The position numbers and the translations under genes were made by a program. A DNA stretch of 64,000 nt, from the NCBI GenBank assembly GCA_964354255.1, contig CAYGYX010000001.1, positions 38,474-102,473 of the forward strand, read 5' to 3'. Below the pieces are notes generated by a model. It ran no database searches and was not told where the DNA came from. It worked only from the letters and a program-made list of their open reading frames with translations. The stretch is from an uncultured Acidimicrobiia bacterium. Its GTDB lineage: Bacteria; Actinomycetota; Acidimicrobiia; Spongiisociales; UBA11373. Position 1 is the first letter of the stretch. Every line of letters starts with the position of its first letter. Positions 1 through 8,777 of the stretch are shown here, piece after piece.

Positions 1-129
1 GTCGACGTGGTCGATGCCCTCTGCGCAGAAGTAGCAGACCCTCTTCTTGATCCGGCGCCCGGGCTTCTCATCCCGGCGCCTGCCGGGCTTCTCATCCCGG
101 CGCTTGCCCCGTGCCTTCGTCGGCGGCAT
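1..129 (-). CDS. rpsR: 30S ribosomal protein S18, N-terminal portion (gene runs off the window start)
   Basis: Reverse-strand translation from the ATG at 127-129 gives MPPTKARGKRRDEKPGRRRDEKPGRRIKKRVCYFCAEGIDHVD, which contains the conserved S18 CYFC core. A GAGGAGG SD lies ~9 nt upstream. The canonical rpsF-ssb-rpsR order is present. Confidence 0.8.
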   Translation of the reverse strand, partial: MPPTKARGKRRDEKPGRRRDEKPGRRIKKRVCYFCAEGIDHVD

Positions 130-159
130 GTGCTGTGTCCTCCTCGATGATGAAGCGGC

Positions 160-603
160 TCAGAAAGGAGCCTCGTCGGGCGGGTAGTCCTCGCGCCCGA
201 CGGGGCCGGCGGCCAGGCGGGGGCCACCCTCGGCAGCGAAGGAATCCGAGCGGGGCGACTTGGTCACGGTCGCCGTTGCCCAGCGAATCGAAGGCCCGAG
301 CTCGTCGATGCGGACCTCCACCACCGAGCGCTTCTCGCCCTCGGAGGTCTCCCAGCTTCGCTGCTCCAGGCTGCCGACGACGATGACCCGCATCCCCTTC
401 TGTAGGGACTCAGCGGCGTTCTCGGCCGCCTCGCGCCACAGCGTCCCCCCGAAGAAGCTGGTCTCCTCCTGCCACTCGCCGTTGCGCTGGTATCGGCGGT
501 TGACCGCCAGGCGGATACGGGCCATGGCCACCCCGGCCGGGGTGAACCGCAGTTCCGGATCCTCCACCAGGTTGCCGATGAGGGTCACATGATTCGCTGC
601 CAT
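160..603 (-). CDS. ssb: single-stranded DNA-binding protein
   Basis: ORF 160..708, internal start MAANHVTLIGNLVEDPELRFTPAGVAMARIRLAVNRRYQ... This is an OB-fold SSB with a Gly/Pro-rich tail ending in the acidic DEAPF motif. It sits between rpsF and rpsR. Confidence 0.9.
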   Translation of the reverse strand: MAANHVTLIGNLVEDPELRFTPAGVAMARIRLAVNRRYQRNGEWQEETSFFGGTLWREAAENAAESLQKGMRVIVVGSLEQRSWETSEGEKRSVVEVRIDELGPSIRWATATVTKSPRSDSFAAEGGPRLAAGPVGREDYPPDEAPF

Positions 604-673
604 CTCGCTCTCTTCTTCTGACTCGTGTTCTGGTGCTCCACCCTCATTGTGCAGGGCGGGTGTGACACCCCGG

Positions 674-958
674 CTAGTCCGGGCGGATGAACTTGTGCCG
701 CAGGACATTGTCCGACAGCGAGAGGGCCCGATCGAGGTCGTCGACCGCGTTCGTCTCTCCGCTGAAGGAAACCACGGCGTAGTAACCCTCGCTCAGATGC
801 TTGATCTCGTAGGCGAGGCGGCGTTTGCCCCAGAAGTCCGTCTGCTTGATCTCGGCTCCCCGCTCGGCCAAGGCCTTCTCGATCTGGGCAACCTCGGACC
901 GAACGTCGGCTTCCGCCATCTCGGGCCGGAAGATCGCAATCAGCTCATACGTGCGCAC
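674..958 (-). CDS. rpsF: 30S ribosomal protein S6
   Basis: The C-terminal 94 aa of ORF 674..1648 read VRTYELIAIFRPEMAEADV...GKRRLAYEIKHLSEGYYAVVSF..., a typical S6. A GTG start is preceded by a GGAGG SD. The upstream part of the ORF is a non-coding extension. Confidence 0.9.
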   Translation of the reverse strand: MRTYELIAIFRPEMAEADVRSEVAQIEKALAERGAEIKQTDFWGKRRLAYEIKHLSEGYYAVVSFSGETNAVDDLDRALSLSDNVLRHKFIRPD

Positions 959-1119
959 GGCGCGCTCCACCTCCTTCGGACGCCCGCACCGACGCGGGCG
1001 GCCCCCGCCGGGGGGCAGGTCGGGGAAGGCCGGCAGTCTACCGCGGCGCCAGCGGCTCGCGGAAGTGCGGCAACCGGGCGGCGTCGAACCGGGCACCGGC
1101 GGTGGCCGGGCCGGCCTGC

Positions 1120-1560
1120 TCAGCCACCTCCGGGGAGCGAGGATGGGTCGAGCCGCAGGTCCTCTATGCCCGAGAAGCCGCCCGCCGGCGCCTCCAGCGC
1201 ATAGCGGTAGGGACCGGCCGGCTGGTAGACGGGGCAGGGGTCGGCGGCGCAGGGGGCCATCTCCAGCAGGTCCACCAGCGACCCATCGGCCGCGAAGAAG
1301 GCGACGTCGAGCGCCAGCAGGGTGTCCTTCATCCAGAAGGCGGCGCGGCCGTCGGCGGGGAACACGAACAGCATGCCCCGCAACTCGCCCAGATCGACCA
1401 CCCCCATGAGGCCCCGGGCGCGTTCGGCGGCATCGTAGGCCACCGCCACCGGCCATCTCTCGCTGCCGACGACCACCTCCCTCGTGACAAACCCGGGGAG
1501 GCCGCGCACGCCCCCGGAGCAGGCGGCCGCCAGCAGCACGACGGCGGCTAGCCGCCGGAT
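1120..1560 (-). CDS. DUF192 (COG1430) family lipoprotein; start codon uncertain
   Basis: ORF 1120..1740. The region RIRRLAAVVLLAAACSGG is a signal peptide with an LAAC lipobox. It is followed by a DUF192-like core (FWMKDTLLALDVAFFAADGSLVDL...). No canonical start lies close to the signal peptide, so the gene may overlap the panB 3' end. Confidence 0.5.
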   Translation of the reverse strand: MRRLAAVVLLAAACSGGVRGLPGFVTREVVVGSERWPVAVAYDAAERARGLMGVVDLGELRGMLFVFPADGRAAFWMKDTLLALDVAFFAADGSLVDLLEMAPCAADPCPVYQPAGPYRYALEAPAGGFSGIEDLRLDPSSLPGGG

Positions 1561-2402
1561 TCGCCCACCTCGGTGCGCAGGGCCCGTGCAACCTCTGCAC
1601 GCATGGTGTACGACTCTTCCGCGGCAGGGAAGGCGCCGCTCTCCACATCGGCGAACCAGGCGGCCAGCGCGGCCACCGCGTCGTCGAAGAGGTGGGCGTA
1701 GGGGCGCACGAAGCGGGGGAGGCGCTCCTCGTGAAAGCACACCAGGTCGTGAAACACCAGCACCTGGCCGTCGGTCGCCGCGCCCGCCCCGATGCCGATG
1801 GTGGGCACGGAGACCACCCGGGTGATCACCTCCGCCAGCACGTCCGGGACCCCCTCGAGCACCAGGCAGAAGATCCCGGCGGCATCGAGGGCACGGGCGT
1901 CCTCGACCAGGGTCCGCGCTGCCTCCAGATCCTTTCCCTGCACCCGGTAGCCGCCCATCGCGTTCACCGACTGCGGGGTGAGGCCGAGGTGGCCCATAAC
2001 CGGGATCTCGGCGGCAAGCACCGCCTCGATCACGGGGACCCGCTTGCGCCCTCCCTCCAGCTTGACCGCCTCCGCCCCGCCTTCCCGCACGAACCGGCCG
2101 GCGTTGCGCACCGCCTCCTCAACCGACACGTGATACGAGAGCCAGGGCATGTCCCCCACCACCAGCGCCCGCGGCCGCGCCCGGGCCACCGCCGCGCTGT
2201 GGTGGATCATCTCATCGAGAGTCACCTGCAGGGTGGTCGGGTGCCCCAGCACCACGTTGGCCAGCGAGTCGCCCACCAGGATGATGTCGGCCCCCGCCTT
2301 GTCGGCGATGCGAGCCGTGGGGTTGTCGTAGGCGGTGACCATCCTGAGCCTGGCCCCACCCTTGCGGGCACGCACCGCCGGCACGGTGACCTTGTCGCCC
2401 AT
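1548..2402 (-). CDS. panB: 3-methyl-2-oxobutanoate hydroxymethyltransferase (ketopantoate hydroxymethyltransferase)
   Basis: Internal M131 of ORF 1548..2792: MGDKVTVPAVRARKGGARLRMVTAYDNPTARIADKAGADIILVGDSLANVVLGH...VKLEGG... This is highly characteristic PanB. Length 284 aa. Confidence 0.9.
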   Translation of the reverse strand: MGDKVTVPAVRARKGGARLRMVTAYDNPTARIADKAGADIILVGDSLANVVLGHPTTLQVTLDEMIHHSAAVARARPRALVVGDMPWLSYHVSVEEAVRNAGRFVREGGAEAVKLEGGRKRVPVIEAVLAAEIPVMGHLGLTPQSVNAMGGYRVQGKDLEAARTLVEDARALDAAGIFCLVLEGVPDVLAEVITRVVSVPTIGIGAGAATDGQVLVFHDLVCFHEERLPRFVRPYAHLFDDAVAALAAWFADVESGAFPAAEESYTMRAEVARALRTEVGESGG

Positions 2403-2610
2403 CTCCGCTCCCTTCTCCCCGCCCGGGTCGGGTCGGGGGAACGCGCGTGGCAGTCCGTTGAAGCCCCACCGCGGGCCTCGGCCGCCCAACCGGTCGCCCG
2501 TGCCCCTGGAGGTGACCCGATTGTAGGTGCGGCTCTCCCGGCCGCCGGCTGGCAGGGGCCACGGCGGTGGCCTAGGGTCGGCCGGTCGGTACCACAGAAA
2601 GGACGGGACG

Positions 2611-3087
2611 ATGGCGCGCAAGGACATCACCATGAGCCCCGAAGAGCTCCAGGCGTTCCTGGAGGAGGGCCGCACCCTCCTGGTGGCCTCCTTGCACCGC
2701 GACGGCCGCCCGCACCTGGTCCCCATGTGGTATGTCGTAGAAGACGGCAAAGTGGTCTTCCGCTCCTTCACCCGTTCCCAGAAGATCCTCAACCTCCAGC
2801 GCGACTCGCGCCTGAGCGTCCTGGTGGAGCAGGGGGAGGCCTACGCCGAACTGCAGGGGGTGATGATCGAGGGGCGGGCCCGCCTCGTCGACGACCCGGC
2901 CTACGTCCTCGCCCTCTACGGGAAGATGGCTGCCAAGTACGCCATGGTCGGCCCCGAGCCGAAGGTGCTCTCCCCGGGGGAACTCGAGGCTGCCTTCGGC
3001 CGCTTCGCCGCCAAGAACACGGCGGTGGTGGTCGAGCCGGTGCGGGTCACCTCCTGGGACCACACCAAGCTCGGTGGCGCCTACTAG
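2611..3087 (+). CDS. pyridoxamine 5'-phosphate oxidase family protein (PPOX class, likely F420/FMN-dependent)
   Basis: M29 of ORF 2527..3087, preceded by GAAAGGA. Sequence MARKDITMSPEELQAFLEEGRTLLVASLHRDGRPHLVPMWYVVEDGKVVFRSFTRSQKILNLQRDSRLSVLVE is the split-barrel PPOX signature. Confidence 0.7.
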   Translation: MARKDITMSPEELQAFLEEGRTLLVASLHRDGRPHLVPMWYVVEDGKVVFRSFTRSQKILNLQRDSRLSVLVEQGEAYAELQGVMIEGRARLVDDPAYVLALYGKMAAKYAMVGPEPKVLSPGELEAAFGRFAAKNTAVVVEPVRVTSWDHTKLGGAY

Positions 3088-3120
3088 GACGTCCGGCCCC
3101 GGCCGGGGGAGAATGTTCGG

Positions 3121-4425
3121 GTGCCGAGCGCCCTCACCCCCTTCGATGGCTTCGAACTCCGGGTGGTCACCCCGGCTGACCTGCCCCTCCTGGCCCAATG
3201 GCACGCCGACCCACAGGTGCACGAGTGGTGGGAAGGCCGGCCTCTTTCTGAGGAGGAGCTGCGCACCGAGTACGTCACCGGGAACGAGCCGATCACCCGC
3301 TGCCTGGTCTACCGGCAGGGCCGCCCCATCGGCTACCTCCAGTTCTTTCGGTACGAGGTGGCGGCCTGGCGGACCGCCGTGGGCCTGGGGGAGGACGAGG
3401 ACGCCTGGGGGATCGACCTGTTCATCGCCGACCGGGCGGACCGGGGCCGTGGCTTGGGCACCCGCCTACTGGCCGGGACCGTCGCCCGGCTGGCGGAGGA
3501 GCGTGGCACCTCACTGGTTCTCATCGATCCCCACGTCGACAACCCCCGCGCCATCGCCTGCTACCGGAAGGCCGGGTTTCTGCCTCGCGCAGTGCTCCCG
3601 GCGCACGAGGAACGGGCCGGGGTTCTCCGGGACGCCCTGCTGATGGCATGGCACCCGCCGGGCGGTGCGCGTCTTGCCGAACCAGCGGCGGAGGGGCAGG
3701 CTGTGACCCGCATGACCACCGGCCCTCACACCACCGAGTCCCCGGCCGCGCCTTACCCGCGGCTCGATCGCTTCCGCCGGGTGGCCCGCTGGATCACCCT
3801 CGCCTCCATCTTCCTCAACGCGCTGCTCGGCATCTGGGCGGTGGCGGGCAGCCTGGGCGAGGTGGAATCGCGCATCCTGTTCACCTCACTGCTGATCACC
3901 GCCTGTGGGGCGGTAGCGGTGGCCTGCAGCGTTGCCATCCCGGAAGGCCGCCTGGGCCCCCTCCCCGTCGCCGGCATAGTCGCCACCGTCGCCGGCTTCT
4001 CCCTGCTGATCGCCTCCCTCTGGGAGAACTTCCATACCTATCCCCTGTGGCGGACGGGAGCCACCCTGGTGATAGTGGCGGTGGGCGCGGCCTACGCCTC
4101 GCTGCTCTCCGGCGTGCACCTCCAGGGCCGCTACCACCGGCTGGTGCCCACCGCCTTCGTGCTGGCCGCAGCCGCCGGCGCCTTCCTGATTGCCGTCGTC
4201 TGGGGGTACGACCCGGGAGACTCCTGGCGCCTCTTCGGCATCGCCGCCGTGCTGCTGGGGGCGATCACCATCGCCGCCCCCATCGCCGCCCGCCTCCGGC
4301 CGACCCGGGAAGGGCCCCCTCCGGTACGCCACTGCCCATACTGCGCCCAGGCGATCAGCGACGCCAGGGAGCGCGCCACGAGCTGCCCTTCTTGCGGGCG
4401 GCGCTTCCGCGTGATCGGCCGCTGA
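3121..4425 (+). CDS. GNAT (Acetyltransf_8 / AAC(6')-siderophore-acyltransferase-like) N-terminal domain fused in frame to a ~6-TM membrane domain and a C-terminal CxxC...CxxC zinc ribbon
   Basis: GTG start. The N-terminus LRVVTPADLPLLAQWHADPQVHEWWEGRPLSEEELRTEY...DNPRAIACYRKAGF is GNAT-like. Hydrophobic helices follow from residue ~215, then HCPYCAQAISDARERATSCPSCGRRFRV. No stop separates the domains. An internal GTG/ATG at ~3703/3712 with a GGAGGGG SD could also initiate a membrane-only product. Confidence 0.6.
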   Translation: MPSALTPFDGFELRVVTPADLPLLAQWHADPQVHEWWEGRPLSEEELRTEYVTGNEPITRCLVYRQGRPIGYLQFFRYEVAAWRTAVGLGEDEDAWGIDLFIADRADRGRGLGTRLLAGTVARLAEERGTSLVLIDPHVDNPRAIACYRKAGFLPRAVLPAHEERAGVLRDALLMAWHPPGGARLAEPAAEGQAVTRMTTGPHTTESPAAPYPRLDRFRRVARWITLASIFLNALLGIWAVAGSLGEVESRILFTSLLITACGAVAVACSVAIPEGRLGPLPVAGIVATVAGFSLLIASLWENFHTYPLWRTGATLVIVAVGAAYASLLSGVHLQGRYHRLVPTAFVLAAAAGAFLIAVVWGYDPGDSWRLFGIAAVLLGAITIAAPIAARLRPTREGPPPVRHCPYCAQAISDARERATSCPSCGRRFRVIGR

Positions 4426-4431
4426 CCTCCC

Positions 4432-5193
4432 TCAGCCGAGGCGCTCCCTGAGCCAGGCGATATCGGCCGCCTGGGAGCCGTCCTCGTCGGGTGTCTCCAC
4501 CACCACGGTCGTCGCCGCCGCCACCACCACCGCCACCAGCAGGTCCGGCGGGATCTCGCCCCGCCCGAGATTGGCATGGCGATCCCGGCGGCTGCCCGCC
4601 GGGTCGCGTGAGTCGTTGCAGTGCACCAGGTCGATGCCTCCGACGGCAGCCCGCACCCGTTCGACCACCGTCGCCAGGTCCTCCCCCGCCGCCCAGGCGT
4701 GGCAGGTGTCCAGGCACATCCCCACCCCAAGATGGCCGATCTCCTCCCACAGGCGTCCCAGGCGGGCGATCTCGCGCAGCACGGCGTTGCCCCCGCCGGC
4801 GGTGTTCTCCAGCAGGACGGGGACCCGGCGCTCGACCACCTCCAACGCCTTTCGCCAGCGCTCCACTCCGGTACCGGCCTCCTCATCGTCGCCCACGTGC
4901 CCGGCGTGCACCACCACCCCGGCTGCGCCGACTGCCGCCGCCGCCTCCAGGGTGTCGGCCAGGATGTTGCGGGAGGGGATGCGCACCCGGTTGTTGGGCG
5001 AGGCCACATTGATCAGATAGGGAGCGTGCACGTAGATGGGGAACGGCGCGGCCCGCAGTTCGGCCGCGTCGGGCCGGGGCGCCGGCTTGCGCCAGGACTG
5101 CGGATTGGACAGGAAGACCTGCACCACCTCGGCACCCACGGCGACGGCTTCCTCGAGCGGGTGCACGCTGGGGACGTGCGCGCCGATCAGCAT
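4432..5193 (-). CDS. nfo: deoxyribonuclease IV / endonuclease IV (AP endonuclease family 2)
   Basis: M95 of ORF 4432..5475: [37 protein letters not shown]...[13 protein letters not shown]...HAGHV...[11 protein letters not shown]...[14 protein letters not shown]...VHCNDSRD. This is the canonical endonuclease IV metal-ligand pattern. Confidence 0.85.
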   Translation of the reverse strand: MLIGAHVPSVHPLEEAVAVGAEVVQVFLSNPQSWRKPAPRPDAAELRAAPFPIYVHAPYLINVASPNNRVRIPSRNILADTLEAAAAVGAAGVVVHAGHVGDDEEAGTGVERWRKALEVVERRVPVLLENTAGGGNAVLREIARLGRLWEEIGHLGVGMCLDTCHAWAAGEDLATVVERVRAAVGGIDLVHCNDSRDPAGSRRDRHANLGRGEIPPDLLVAVVVAAATTVVVETPDEDGSQAADIAWLRERLG

Positions 5194-5198
5194 GGCGG

Positions 5199-5810
5199 CT
5201 ACCCGTAGGCTTCCCAGTGGCGGAAGCCGGTGACGTACCCCTCGACCAGGGCCGCCACCTCGTGGGCGGGCCGATCCCATTCCCCGGCGAACAGGTGCAG
5301 CCAGGGAGGCTCGGCAACGGCGCCGCGCGGGCCGGGTGGCACCCGCTCGGGCGAGTGGAGACGCAGCGACAGCACCGGCACCTCGCCGGCTTCGTCGGCG
5401 CGCAGGCCGGAGCGCACCTCGGCTATCTCCTCCCAGGCCAGCCGCAGGGGGGCCCGCCGCCGCCGGTCCAGCCACAGAGAGACCCCTTCGGAGTCGGCGG
5501 CGAGCAGCCGACGGGGCGCCGCCAGACCGACGAAGGCCCAGACGATCGACGCGGAGCCGGCCCCGAGCAGCACCACCCCCCAGCCGACATCGCGCCGCCG
5601 CTGCGCCCGGCCGGTCTCGGTGTAGACCTGCACGGTCTCCTCCACGACCGACCCATCGGCGCCCTCCACCCGGCGAGTCGCCTGAGTGGTCTCCGGGTGG
5701 GGGTAGAAGCGGTAGGACAGGAGCATGTCCACGGCCAGCAGGATCATGGGCACCGCCACCAGGGCATAGCCCAGCAAGCGCAGCGGGGAACGAGTCACCC
5801 GGACGATCAC
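5199..5810 (-). CDS. membrane protein of unknown function
   Basis: 203 aa with an N-terminal TM ([19 protein letters not shown]) and a second TM ([18 protein letters not shown]). The GTG start overlaps the pyrE stop (GTGA), implying co-transcription with pyrE. Confidence 0.5.
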   Translation of the reverse strand: MIVRVTRSPLRLLGYALVAVPMILLAVDMLLSYRFYPHPETTQATRRVEGADGSVVEETVQVYTETGRAQRRRDVGWGVVLLGAGSASIVWAFVGLAAPRRLLAADSEGVSLWLDRRRRAPLRLAWEEIAEVRSGLRADEAGEVPVLSLRLHSPERVPPGPRGAVAEPPWLHLFAGEWDRPAHEVAALVEGYVTGFRHWEAYG

Positions 5811-6346
5811 GGCCCCACCCCCAGGTCGGCCGGGAGGAGCAGCGCCCGGTAGGGGATCCCCCGTTCGGCGAAGGCTTCGGCCACCCGGCCGCCGCTGCGG
5901 TCCACCAGGATGACCCCCTGCACGACGGTGATGCCCTCGGCGGCCAGCACGTCCACTGCCTCGATAAGCGACCCGCCGGTGGTGGTCGTGTCCTCCACCA
6001 CCGCCACCCGGTCCTCCGGGCCCACCGGCCCCACCAGCCTCCCCCCGAGTCCGTGCTCCTTGGCCCGGGCGCGGATCGAGAAGGCCTTCAGGGAACGCCC
6101 CTCTCCGGCAGCGACCACCGCGGTAGCCACCGCGACGGGGTCGGCGCCCTGGGTGGGGCCGCCCAGTGCCGTCACCGCGGGATCGAGGACACCGAGCACC
6201 GCGGCCGCCACCAGTCGCGCTCCCTCCCCCGAGAAGGTGGTACTCCGCGCATCCACATACCAGGCTGAGCGGGCCCCCGAACGGAGCGTGAACTCGCCGG
6301 TGCGCAGCGCGTGGCGGCGGAGGTGGTCGGCCAGAGCCTGGTGCAC
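5807..6346 (-). CDS. pyrE: orotate phosphoribosyltransferase
   Basis: 179 aa: [32 protein letters not shown]...[37 protein letters not shown]. The PRPP-binding motif [11 protein letters not shown] is present. Confidence 0.9.
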   Translation of the reverse strand: MHQALADHLRRHALRTGEFTLRSGARSAWYVDARSTTFSGEGARLVAAAVLGVLDPAVTALGGPTQGADPVAVATAVVAAGEGRSLKAFSIRARAKEHGLGGRLVGPVGPEDRVAVVEDTTTTGGSLIEAVDVLAAEGITVVQGVILVDRSGGRVAEAFAERGIPYRALLLPADLGVGP

Positions 6347-6385
6347 GCGCCCACTGTAAGCACCACGCGACCGCGCGACCGCCGG

Positions 6386-7216
6386 TCAGCGCCCGAAGCG
6401 CCGGTTGCGCCGCGTGAAGTCGCGCAGGGCCCGCAGGAAGTCCACCCGGCGGAAGGCCGGCCAGTAGACGTCCACAAAGGAGTACTCGGCGTAGGCCGCC
6501 TGCCAGAGCAGGAAACCGGAGAGGCGCGATTCCCCGCTGGTGCGGATCACCAGGTCGGGGTCGGGGAGGTCGGCCGTGTAGAGGTGGCCGGCCAGGGAGT
6601 CGGCGTCGATGTGCTCGGGTAGCTCGGCGGCGGCCAGGCCCTCGGCGGCCAGCTTCCCCACCAGGTCCTTCACCGCGTCCACGATCTCCTGCCGGCCCCC
6701 GTAGGCCAGGGCGATGGTGAGGCGGCGATCACCGTCGGGAGACCGCTCCGCCAGACGACGGGCGGCGTTGCGCAGCCCGTCGGGCAGGAGGTCGATGCTG
6801 CCGATCGTCCTGATGCGCAGCCCCGCCGCCGCCGGCTCCCCCGGGAGGCGCTCGAAGAGGTCGGTGAGCACCTCGAAGTAGGGCAGCAGCTCGCCGCTCG
6901 GGCGGGACAGGTTCTCCTTGGAGAGCAGCCAGCAGGTGACCGCCGGGACCTCAAGCTGGCGGCACCACCCGAGGAACTCCACGAACTTGTCCATCCCGGC
7001 CCGGTAGGAGGTGGTGTAGTCGGGCAAGCCCGCCGCCCGAGCGTAGCGCCGGTGGCCGTCGTGGATGACCCCGACGTGGCGGGGCAGCTGGGACCGGTCC
7101 AGGGAGCGGAGCAGCCGCTCCTCATAGAGCCGGTAGAGGGGCCGGCGGAACGTATCGCCGAGGTTCAATTGACTCCTTGCGGGAACCACCGTGATGTTAC
7201 GGCCGACGCGGTGCAC
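6386..7216 (-). CDS. uppS: isoprenyl transferase (cis-prenyl diphosphate synthase, UppS family)
   Basis: LPRHVGVIHDGHRRYA...AYGGRQEIVDAVKDLV...LVIRTSGESRLSGFLLWQAAYAEYSFVDVYWPAFRRVDFLRALRDF matches the UPP synthase family signature. The N-terminal 40 aa are an extension, so the exact start is uncertain. Confidence 0.8.
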   Translation of the reverse strand: MHRVGRNITVVPARSQLNLGDTFRRPLYRLYEERLLRSLDRSQLPRHVGVIHDGHRRYARAAGLPDYTTSYRAGMDKFVEFLGWCRQLEVPAVTCWLLSKENLSRPSGELLPYFEVLTDLFERLPGEPAAAGLRIRTIGSIDLLPDGLRNAARRLAERSPDGDRRLTIALAYGGRQEIVDAVKDLVGKLAAEGLAAAELPEHIDADSLAGHLYTADLPDPDLVIRTSGESRLSGFLLWQAAYAEYSFVDVYWPAFRRVDFLRALRDFTRRNRRFGR

Positions 7217-7304
7217 CGGGCTCGCACCGCCCTGTGATCGGCCTCAGCGTCCGTGGAGTGAAGGAGTTCGGAGGCCCCCACCCCAGGTCCCTTACCTCCA
7301 CAGG

Positions 7305-8777
7305 ATGCCTACCCTCCTGCCCGCCATGCGTGCTCTGGTCACCGGGGCCACCGGTTACATCGGCGGCCGTCTCGTCCCCCGCCTGCTCGAGGCCGGCCAC
7401 CAGGTGCGCTGCCTCACCCGCCGCCCTCCTCGCCTCGACTCCGTCCCCTGGCGCCCCCGGGTGGAGGTGGTAGCCGGTGACGCGCTCGACCCCGCCTCCC
7501 TGACGAGCGCTCTGGCCGGCTGCGAGGCGGCCTACTACCTGGTGCATGCCATGGCCGAGGGCCCGGGCTTCGACGAACGGGATCGCCTCGCCGCCGCCAA
7601 CTTCCGCGAGGCGGCCGACGCCGCCGGCCTGCGTCGGGTGGTCTACCTGGGAGGCCTGGCCCCCGAGGGTGTCCGCCTCTCCAAGCACCTCGCCAGCCGC
7701 CAGGAGGTCGGCCGGGTCCTCGCCGCCGGGGTCACCCCGGTCACGGAGTTCCGGGCGGCGGTCATCATCGGCTCAGGTTCGCTCTCCTTCGAGATGCTGC
7801 GCTACCTGACCGAGGTACTCCCGGTGATGACCACCCCGCGCTGGGTGCGCAGCCGCTGCCAGCCCATCGCGGTGAGCGACGTGCTCGACCTGCTCGTCCG
7901 GGCGCTGGATGACCCAGAAACGGTGGACCGGGTGCTGGAGATCGGCGGCCCCGACGTCCTCACCTACCAGGACATGATGCGCGCCTACGCCGCCGAGGTG
8001 GGCCTGCGCCGGCTGATCATCCCCGTCCCCTTCCTGAGCCCCGGTCTCTCGTCACTCTGGGTAGGGCTGGTCACCCCGCTCCCGCCCCGGGTGGCCCGGC
8101 CCCTGGTCGAGAGCCTGCGCCACGAGGCGGTGGTTCGCGACCCCACCGCCCAGCGCCTCTTCCCCTACGAGCCCCTGCCCTTTCGCGAGGCCCTGCGCCG
8201 GGCGCTCGACACCCCGCCCGACGGGATCGCCACCCGCTGGTCCGACGCCGACCCGGCCCCCGCCCACACCGCCCCCGGGGATCCCGAGTGGAGCGGGGGC
8301 ACCATCTACACCGACCGGCGGGTGATCCCCACCGACGCCGCTCCCCACCACGTCTTCTGGGCCTTCAGCCGCATCGGCGGCGACGTGGGCTACTACGGGC
8401 TCAACTGGGCCTGGAAGCTGCGCGGCCTGCTCGACCGCCTCATAGGGGGGGTCGGCCTGCGCCGGGGTCGACGCCACCCCGAGCATCTGCGGGAAGGAGA
8501 GGCCCTCGACTTCTGGCGAGTGGACCGCATCACCCCCGGGCGACTCCTCCGCCTGCGAGCGGAGATGCGCCTGCCCGGGGAGGCCTTCCTGCAGTGGGTG
8601 ATCGAGCCGGTGGACGGCGGCTCCGACCTCGTGCAGACCGCCATCTTCCGGCCCCGGGGGCTCCTGGGGCGCCTCTACTGGTATGCCATGGCCCCCTTCC
8701 ACTCGTATATCTTCCCCCGGATGGCCTGGAAGATGGCCGCCGCCGCCGAGGAGAGGGGCTACTCGTGCCCGACGTGA
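7305..8777 (+). CDS. NAD(P)-binding SDR-family oxidoreductase with C-terminal DUF2867-like domain
   Basis: M39 of ORF 7191..8777 (alternative M46 at 7326). MRALVTGATGYIGGRLVPRLLEAGHQVRCLTRRP is a Rossmann GxxGxxG motif. The long C-terminal domain (VFWAFSRIGGDVGYYGLNWAWKLRGLLDRLIGG...) is typical of DUF2867. Confidence 0.75.
   Translation: MPTLLPAMRALVTGATGYIGGRLVPRLLEAGHQVRCLTRRPPRLDSVPWRPRVEVVAGDALDPASLTSALAGCEAAYYLVHAMAEGPGFDERDRLAAANFREAADAAGLRRVVYLGGLAPEGVRLSKHLASRQEVGRVLAAGVTPVTEFRAAVIIGSGSLSFEMLRYLTEVLPVMTTPRWVRSRCQPIAVSDVLDLLVRALDDPETVDRVLEIGGPDVLTYQDMMRAYAAEVGLRRLIIPVPFLSPGLSSLWVGLVTPLPPRVARPLVESLRHEAVVRDPTAQRLFPYEPLPFREALRRALDTPPDGIATRWSDADPAPAHTAPGDPEWSGGTIYTDRRVIPTDAAPHHVFWAFSRIGGDVGYYGLNWAWKLRGLLDRLIGGVGLRRGRRHPEHLREGEALDFWRVDRITPGRLLRLRAEMRLPGEAFLQWVIEPVDGGSDLVQTAIFRPRGLLGRLYWYAMAPFHSYIFPRMAWKMAAAAEERGYSCPT

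Noticed and set aside
1692-3179. 495-aa plus-strand ORF overlapping panB and the PPOX gene
   Set aside because: It is antisense or out-of-frame relative to strongly supported genes. Its composition is low-complexity Gly/Arg/Pro/His, as expected for stop-poor frames in 70%+ GC DNA. It has no domain signature.
3703-4425. Treating the membrane + zinc-ribbon segment as a gene separate from the upstream GNAT
   Set aside because: No stop codon lies between them in the shared frame. A separate upstream gene would therefore read through. The internal start is kept only as a possible alternative initiation site.
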